Origin: the human T2T-CHM13v2.0 reference genome, Homo sapiens
Direction: 5' to 3' (one strand)
Assembly: GCF_009914755.1 (NCBI RefSeq)
Contig: NC_060948.1
Length of the DNA stretch: 64,000 nt
Shown here: in pieces, positions 56,101-64,000 of the stretch
Numbering within the stretch: position 1 is the first letter of the stretch
Layout: each line of letters begins with the position of its first letter
Notes under the pieces: generated by a model
What the model saw: the letters and a program-made list of their open reading frames with translations, nothing else
The model's database searches: none
Told to the model about the DNA's origin: nothing
Made by a program: the position numbers and the translations under genes

Positions 56101-59100
56101 GAATAGAATGCAATTTAATAAAATAGGATCAAATGTAATGGAATGGAATGGAAAGGAATCGAAACGAAAGGAATGGAGACAGATGGAATGGAATGGAACA
56201 GAGAGCAATGGTATAGAATGGAATGGAATCATCTGGAATGGAATTGAATGGAATGGAATAATATGAAATGGAATGGAATGGAATGGAATGCCCTTGAATT
56301 AAATGGACTGGAATGGAATGGACTCGAACAGAGTGGAATGGAAAGTGTTGAAATAGAATGGAATGGACTCGTTTGGAATGGTCTAGTATACAATGCAATC
56401 GACTGGCAGGGAATCAAAAGGAATGTAATCGAATGGATTGGACTGGAATGCAATGGACTCGAATAGATTGGAAACGGAAAGCAAAGGAATGGAATGGAAT
56501 AGTATGGAATGGAATGGAAAGGAATGGAGTGGAATAGACTAGAGTGGAATGGAATGGACTCGAAAGCAATGGACTGGAATGGAACTTTCTTGAATGGACT
56601 GGAATCAAACGGAATGGAATGCAATGCAATCAAATGGCATGGAATAAAATAGAATGAAAGAGAATCAAATGGAATTGAATCGAATGGAATCGAATTGATT
56701 GGAAAGGAATAGAGTGGAATGGAATGGAATTGACTCAAATGGAATGGACTAGATTGGAATGGATTCGAATGGAAGGCAAAGGAATGGAATCTATTGGAAT
56801 GGACTGTAATGGAATGGAATGGAAGGGATTGGAATGGACTCGAATGGAATGGACTGCAATAGAAAGGATTCGAATGGAATGAAAAAGAATTGAATGGAAT
56901 AGAACAGAATGGAATCAAATCGAATGAAATGGAATGGAATAGAAAGGAATGGAATGAAATGGAATGGAAAGGATTCGAATGGAATGCAATCGAATGGAAT
57001 GCAATCGAATGGAATGGAATCGAACGGAATGGAATAAAATGGAAGAAAACTGGCAAGAAATGGAATCGAAATGAACGGAGTGTTATGGAACGGACTCAAA
57101 AGGAATTGAATGTAATAGAATGGAGTGGAGTGGACTCGAATATAATGGACTGGAATGGAATGAAATCACATGGAATGGGAACGAATGGAATGGAATGGAA
57201 AGGAATGGAATCGAATGGAAAGGAATCGAATGGAAGGGAATGAAATTGAATCAACAGGAATGGAAGGGAGTAGAATAGACGGTAATGGAATGGACTCGAA
57301 TAGAATGGACACGAATGCTCAAATTGAATGGACTCGAATGGAATGGAAACGAAAGGAATGTCATCGAATGGAATTGAATCGATTGCAATGAAATCACATA
57401 GAATGGAGTGGAATCAAATGGAATTGAATCGAAAGGAAAGGAAGCGAATGGACTGAAATGAAATGGAATGGAATTGAATGGAAATTAATGCAATGGAATA
57501 GAATGGAACGAAATTTCACGGAATGGAATCAAACTGAATGGAATCAAATCAATGGAATATAATCAAATGGAATGGAAAGGAATTGAATGGAGTAGATTGG
57601 ATTGGATGGGATTGGAATGAAATGTACTGGAAAGGACTCGAATTTCATGAAACGGAATGGAATGAATTAGAACGGAATGGACTCGAATGGAATGGAATGT
57701 CATGGAATGGCATCAAATGGAATGGAATCGAATGCCATGGAATGCTATGGAATGGAATGGAATGCATTGGAATGGAATGTCCTCTAATGGAATGTATTCG
57801 AGTGGAATGGAATCGAATATAATGGAGTCTAATGAAAGGGAATTGAAAGGAATGGGACCGAATACAATGGAATATACTGGAATGTAATGTAATGAACTCG
57901 AATGTAATTGACTGGAATGGAATGTACATGAATGGAATGTAATCGAATGGAAAGCAATCCAATGGAATAGAATCTAATGCAATAAAATCGACTCAAATAG
58001 AGTAGAATGTAATGGAATGGAGTGCAGTGCAATGGAATGGAATGGAATGGAATGCAATGGAATGGAAAGGAATGGAATGGAATGGAATGGGATGAAATGG
58101 TATGGAATGGATAGTAATGGACTGGAGTGAAATGGACTGGAAAAGAATGGACTCAAATTGAAAGGGCTCGAAAGGAATGGAGTCAAATGGAATGGTCTGG
58201 AATGGAATGAACACGAATGTAATGCAATCCAATAGAATGGAATCGAATGGCATGGAATATAAAGAAATGGAATCGAAGAGAATGGAAACAAATGGAATGG
58301 AATTGAATGGAATGGAATTGAATGGAATGGGAACGAATGGAGTGAAATTGTATGCAGTAGAAGAGAATAGAATGGAATGCAAGCGAAAGGAAAGGAATGG
58401 ATTGGAATGGAATGGAATTCATTGGAATGGAAGGGAATGTAGTGTAATGGACAGGCCTGGAATAAAGTGGAATGCTACGGTCTCGAATGGAATAAAAATG
58501 TATGGAATGGAATGCAATGAAACGGAATCGAATGTCATAGAAGTAATGGAATGCAAAAAAATGGACTCCAAAATCATTGACTGGAAAGGCTGGGTGTCGA
58601 AAGGAATTGACTCCAATGGAATGGAATCGAATGGAATGGAAGTGAATAGAATGGAACTAAATCGAATGGAATGGAATTGATAGGAACGGAATGGAAAGGA
58701 ATGCAATGATTTGGCATGGAATGGAATCGAATGGCATCGAATGGAATGGAATGGAATGCAATGGAATGGAATGTATTAGAATGTAATGAACTTTAATGGA
58801 ATGTACTCGAATGGATTCGACTGGAATGGAATGTTCTCGAAGTGAATGGACTCCAATGGAATGGATTCGAAAGGAATGGAATCTAATGGAATGGAATTAA
58901 ATGGAAATGAATCAAATTGAATAGAACGGAATTGAATTGAATGGAATCGAATGCAATGGAATTTAATGAAACGGAAAGGAAAGGAATGGAATGGATTGGA
59001 ATGGAATGGGCTGGAATGGAATGGAATCGAAACGAATGGAATGGAATCGAACTGAAGAGACTGGAATGGAATGCACTGGAATGGAAGGGAATGTAATGGA

Positions 59101-62100
59101 AGGTTCTCGAAAAAAATGGAATCGAAAGGAATGGAATTGAATGGAACGGAATAGAGTCGAATGGAATTCAATGGAATGGAATGGACTAGAGTGAAATGGA
59201 ATCGAACCACAAGGAATGGACAGGAATAGAATGGTCTCGAATTGAATGGAATCGTATGGAATGGCATCAATCGGAATGGAATGGACAGCCACGGAATGGA
59301 ATGGACAGCCACGGAATGGAATGCACTCGAATGCAATGGAGTTGACACTAGTGGACTGGAATAGAATGGACTCGAATGATACGGACTCCAATGGAATGGA
59401 ATCGAATGGAAAGGAATCGAACGGAATGGACTCGAAGGGAAAAGACTGAAATGGAAAGGTCTCCAATGGAATGGAAATTAATGGAATGGAATGGAATCGA
59501 ATGAAATGGAGTCAAAAGGAATGGAATCGAATGGCAAGAAATCGAATGTAATGGAATCGCAAGGAATTGATGTGAACGGAACGGAATGGAATGGAATCCA
59601 AAGGAATGGAATAGAATGGAATGGAATCGAATGGAAAGGACTCGAATGGAAATCACTCGAATAGAATGCAATTTAATAAAATAGGATCAAATGTAATGGA
59701 ATGGAATGGAAAGGAATCGAAACGAAAGGAATGGAGACAGATGGAATGGAATGGAACAGAGAGCAATGGTATAGAATGGAATGGAATCATCTGGAATGGA
59801 ATTGAATGGAATGGAATAATATGAAATGGTAAGGAATGGAATGGAATGCCCTTGAATTAAATGGACTGGAATGGAATGGACTCGAACAGAGTGGAATGGA
59901 AAGTGTTGAAATAGAATGGAATGGACTCGTTTGGAATGGTCTAGTATGCAATGCAATCGACTGGCAGGGAATCAAAAGGAATGTAATCGAATGGATTGGA
60001 CTGGAATGCAATGGACTCGAATAGATTGCAAACGGAAAGCAAAGGATTGGAATGGAATAGTATGGAATGGAATGGAAAGGAATGGAGTGGAATAGACTAG
60101 AGTGGAATGGAATGGACTCGAAAGCAATGGACTGGAATGGAACTTTATTGAATGGACTGGAATCAAACGGAATGGAATGCAATGCAATCAAATGGCATGG
60201 AATAAAATAGAATGAAAGAGAATCAAACGGAATTGAATCGAATGGAATCGAATGGATTGGAAAGGAATAGAATGGAATGGAATGGAATTGACTCAAATGG
60301 AATGGACTAGAATGGAATGGATTCGAATGGAAGGCAAAGGAATGGAATCTATTGGAATGGACTGTAATGGAATGGAATGGAAGGGATTGGAATGGACTCG
60401 AATGGAATGGACTGCAATAGAAAGGATTCGAATGGAATGAAAAAGAATTGAATGGAATAGAACAGAATGGAATCAAATCGAATGAAATGGAATGGAATAG
60501 AAAGGAATGGAATGAAATGGAATGGAAAGGATTCGAATGGAATGCAATCGAATGGAATGCAATCGAATGGAATGGAATCGAACGGAATGGAATAAAATGG
60601 AAGAAAACTGGCAAGAAATGGAGTCGAAATGAATGGAGTGTTATGGAACCGACTCAAAAGGAATTGAATGTAATAGAATGGAGTGGAGTGGACTCGAATA
60701 TAATGGACTGGAATGGAATGAAATCACATGGAATGGGAACGAATGGAATGGAATGGAAAGGAATGGAATCGAATGGAAAGGAATCGAATGGAAGGGAATG
60801 AAATTGAATCAACAGGAATGGAAGGGAGTAGAATAGACGGTAATGGAATGGATTCGGATAGAATGGACACGAATGCTCAAATTGAATGGACTCGAATGGA
60901 ATGGAAACGAAAGGAATGTCATCGAATGGAATTGAATCGATTGGAATGAAATCACATAGAATGGAGTGGAATCAAATGGAATTGAATCGAAAGGAAAGGA
61001 AGCAAATGGACTGAAATGAAATGGAATGGAATTGAATGGAAATTAATGCAATGGAATAGAATGGAACGAAATTTCACGGAATGGAATCAAACTGAATGGA
61101 ATCAAATCAATGGAATATAATCAAATGGAATGGAAAGGAATTGAATGGAGTAGATTGGATTGGATGGGATTGGAATGAAATGTACTGGAAAGGACTCGAA
61201 TTTCATGAAACGGAATGGAATGAATTAGAACGGAATGGACTCGAATGGAATGGAATGTCATGGAATGGCATCAAATGGAATGGAATCGAATGCGATGGAA
61301 TGCTATGGAATGGAATGGAATGCATTGGAATGGAATGTCCTCTAATGGAATGTATTCGAGTGGAATGGAATCGAATATAATGGAGTCGAATGAAATGGAA
61401 TTGAAAGGAATGGGACCGAATACAATGGAATATACTGGAATGTAATGTAATGAACTCGAATGTAATTGACTGGAATGGAATGTACATGAATGGAATGTAA
61501 TCAAATGGAAAGCAATCCAATGGAATAGAATCTAATGCAATAAAATCGACTCAAATAGAGTAGAATGTAATGGAATGGAGTGCAGTGCAATGGAATGGAA
61601 TGGAATGGAATGCAATGGAATGGAATGGAATGGAATGGAATGGGATGGAATGGTATGGAATGGATAGTAATGGACTGGAGTGAAATGGACTGGAAAAGAA
61701 TGGACTCAAATTGAAAGGGCTCGAAAGGAATGGAGTCAAATGGAATGGTCTGGAATGGAATGAACACGAATGTAATGCAATCCAATAGAATGGAATCGAA
61801 TGGCATGGAATATAAAGAAATGGAATCGAAGAGAATGGAAACAAATGGAATGGAATTGAATGGAATGGAATTGAATGGAATGGGAACGAATGGAGTGAAA
61901 TTGTATGCAGTAGAAGAGAATAGAATGGAATGCAAGCGAAATTAAAGGAATGGATTGGAATGGAATGGAATTCATTGGAATGGAAGGGAATGTAGTGTAA
62001 TGGACAGACCTGGAATAAAGTGGAATGCTACGGTCTCGAATGGAATAAAAATGTATGGAATGGAATGCAATGAAACGGAATCGAATGTCATAGAATGTAA

Positions 62101-64000
62101 TGGAATGCAAAAAAATGGACTCCAAAATCATTGACTGGAAAGGCTGGGTGTCGAAAGGAATTGACTCCAATGGAATGGAATCGAATGGAATGGAAGTGAA
62201 TAGAATCGAACTAAATCGAATGGAATGGAATTGATAGGAACGGAATGGAAAGGAATGCAATGATTTGGCATGGAATGGAATCGAATGGCATCGAATGGAA
62301 TGGAATGGAATGCAATGGAATGGAATGTATTAGAATGTAATGAACTTTAATGGAATGTACTCGAATGGATTCGACTGGAATGGAATGTTCTGGAAGTGAA
62401 TGGACTCCAATGGAATGGATTCGAAAGGAATGGAATCTAATGGAATGGAATTAAATGGAAATGAATCAAATTGAATAGAACGGAATTGAATTGAATGGAA
62501 TCGAATGCAATGGAATCTAATGAAACGGAAAGGAAAGGAATGGAATGGATTGGAATGGAATGGGCTGGAATGGAATGGAATCGAAACGAATGGAATGGAA
62601 TCGAACTGAAGAGACTGGAATGGAATGCACTGGAATGGAAGGGAATGTAATGGAAGGTTCTCGAAAAAAATGGAATCGAAAGGAATGGAATTGAATGGAA
62701 CGGAATAGAGTCGAATGGAATTGAATGGAATGGAATGGACTAGAGTGAAATGGAATCGAACCACAAGGAATGGACAGGAATAGAATGGTCTCGAATTGAA
62801 TGGAATCGTATGGAATGGCATCAAACGGAATGGAATGGACAGCCACGGAATGGAATGGACACCCACGGAATGGAATGCACTCGAATGCAATGGAGTCGAC
62901 ACTAATGGACTGGAATAGAATGGACTCGACTGGTACGGACTCCAATGGAATGGAATCGAATGGAAGGGAATCGAACGGAATGGACTCGAAGGGAAAAGAC
63001 TGCAATGGAAAGGTCTCGAATGGAATGGAAATTAATGGAATGGAATGGAATCGAATGAAATGGAGTCAAAAGGAATGGAATCGAATGGCAAGAAATCGAA
63101 TGTAATGGAATCGCAAGGAATTGATGTGAACGGAACGGAATGGAATGGAATCCAAAGGAATGGAATAGAATGGAATGGAATCGAATGGAAAGGACTCGAA
63201 TGGAAATCACTCGAATAGAATGCAATTTAATAAAATAGGATCAAATGTAATGGAATGGAATGGAAAGGAATCGAAACGAAAGGAATGGAGACAGATGGAA
63301 TGGAATGGAACAGAGAGCAATGGTATAGAATGGAATGGAATCCTCTGGAATGGAATTGAATGGAATGGAATAATATGAAATGGAATGGAATGGAATGGAA
63401 TGCCCTTGAATTAAATGGAGTGGAATGGAATGGACTCGAACAGAGTGGAATGGAAAGTGTTGAAATAGAATGGAATGGACTCGTTTGGAATGGTCTAGTA
63501 TACAATGCAATCGACCGGCAGGGAATCAAAAGGAATGTAATCGAATGGATTGGACTGGAATGCAATGGACTCGAATAGATTGGAAACGGAAAGCAAAGGA
63601 ATGGAATGGAATAGTATGGAATGGAATGGAAAGGAATGGAGTGGAATAGACTAGAGTGGAATGGAATGGACTCGAAAGCAATGGACTGGAATGGAACTTT
63701 CTTGAATGGACTGGAATCAAACGGAATGGAATGCAATGCAATCAAATGGCATGGAATAAAATAGAATGAAAGAGAATCAAATGGAATTGAATCGAATGGA
63801 ATCGAATGGATTGGAAAGGAATAGAATGGAATGGAATGGAATTGACTCAAATGGAATGGACTAGAATGGAATGGATTCGAATGAAAGGCAAAGGAATGGA
63901 ATCTATTGGAATGGACTGTAATGGAATGGAATGGAAGGGATTGGAATGGACTCGAATGGAATGGACTGCAATAGAAAGGATTCGAATGGAATGAAAAAGA
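29158..64000 (+). repeat. Monomer subfamily 'B' block (monomers 9-18)
   Basis: Shared alleles: single GGCATCAAAT, GAATATAATCAAAT, GAATTAGAAC, TCAAATAGAG, AGAAGAGAAT, 15-bp deletion removing ATCGTACGG, TAGAACGG, GTTGAAATAG, ACTCGTTTGGAATGGTCTAG, AAACGGAAAGC, and a 15-bp duplication before the AAGAAAACTGGC landmark. Confidence 0.85.

Larger units (their letters stand above)
1..64000 (+). repeat. DYZ1: Human satellite 3 array, DYZ1-type (HSat3A6-like, Yq12 heterochromatin); ~18 tandem ~3.56-kb monomers of diverged GGAAT pentamers
   Basis: The window is GGAAT/CGAAT/GCAAT/GGACT-type pentamers with the purine-rich strand on +. One landmark (start of the spurious 'MECYGTDSK' frame) recurs at 85, 3649, 7267, 10831, 14454, 18018, 21587, 25135, 28674, 32203, 35762, 39316, 42885, 46444, 49972, 53526, ~57075 and 60633. 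Spacings are 3564, 3618, 3564, 3623, 3564, 3569, 3548, 3539, 3529, 3559, 3554, 3569, 3559, 3528, 3554, 3549, 3558. The 3564-bp unit with one HaeIII (GGCC in ACAGGCCTGG) and one EcoRI site is the established DYZ1 description. HSat3 identity is near certain; the Y/DYZ1 assignment is by recognition. Confidence 0.95.

Noticed and set aside
1-64000. CRISPR-like or prokaryotic repeat system
   Set aside because: There is no repeat/unique-spacer structure, leader or cas-like ORF; this is a eukaryotic simple-sequence-derived satellite.
1-64000. DYZ2 (HSat1B/Alu-containing) blocks, retroelement insertions or inversions known to occur in Yq12
   Set aside because: No AT-rich or Alu sequence, poly-A tail, target-site duplication or strand switch is visible in this window.

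Overview
The whole 64 kb is one uninterrupted, single-orientation tandem array of a diverged (GGAAT)n/(CATTC)n pentamer satellite, organised into about 18 monomers of ~3.53-3.62 kb (3564 bp three times, median ~3560 bp). The pentamer, the 3564-bp unit and one conserved HaeIII/StuI plus one EcoRI site per unit match human satellite 3 of the Yq12 heterochromatin (DYZ1, HSat3A6). This assignment is from recognition, not a database search. I see no credible genes, RNA genes, transposons, DYZ2/Alu inserts or inversions; all ORFs are translations of the pentamer. The interest lies in fine structure: (i) three perfect, in-register heat-shock elements (nGAAnnTTCnnGAAn) per monomer, 53 of 54 positions intact; (ii) a sharp switch between two monomer subfamilies near 29.1 kb; (iii) a near-identical 7.18-kb dimer duplication at the left end; (iv) mosaic 3-, 4- and 5-monomer-offset similarity on the right; (v) strict 5-bp phase conservation with four fixed slips per unit; (vi) a hypervariable pure-GGAAT tract; and (vii) a probable gene-conversion patch near 59.3 kb. 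All comparisons were made by eye.
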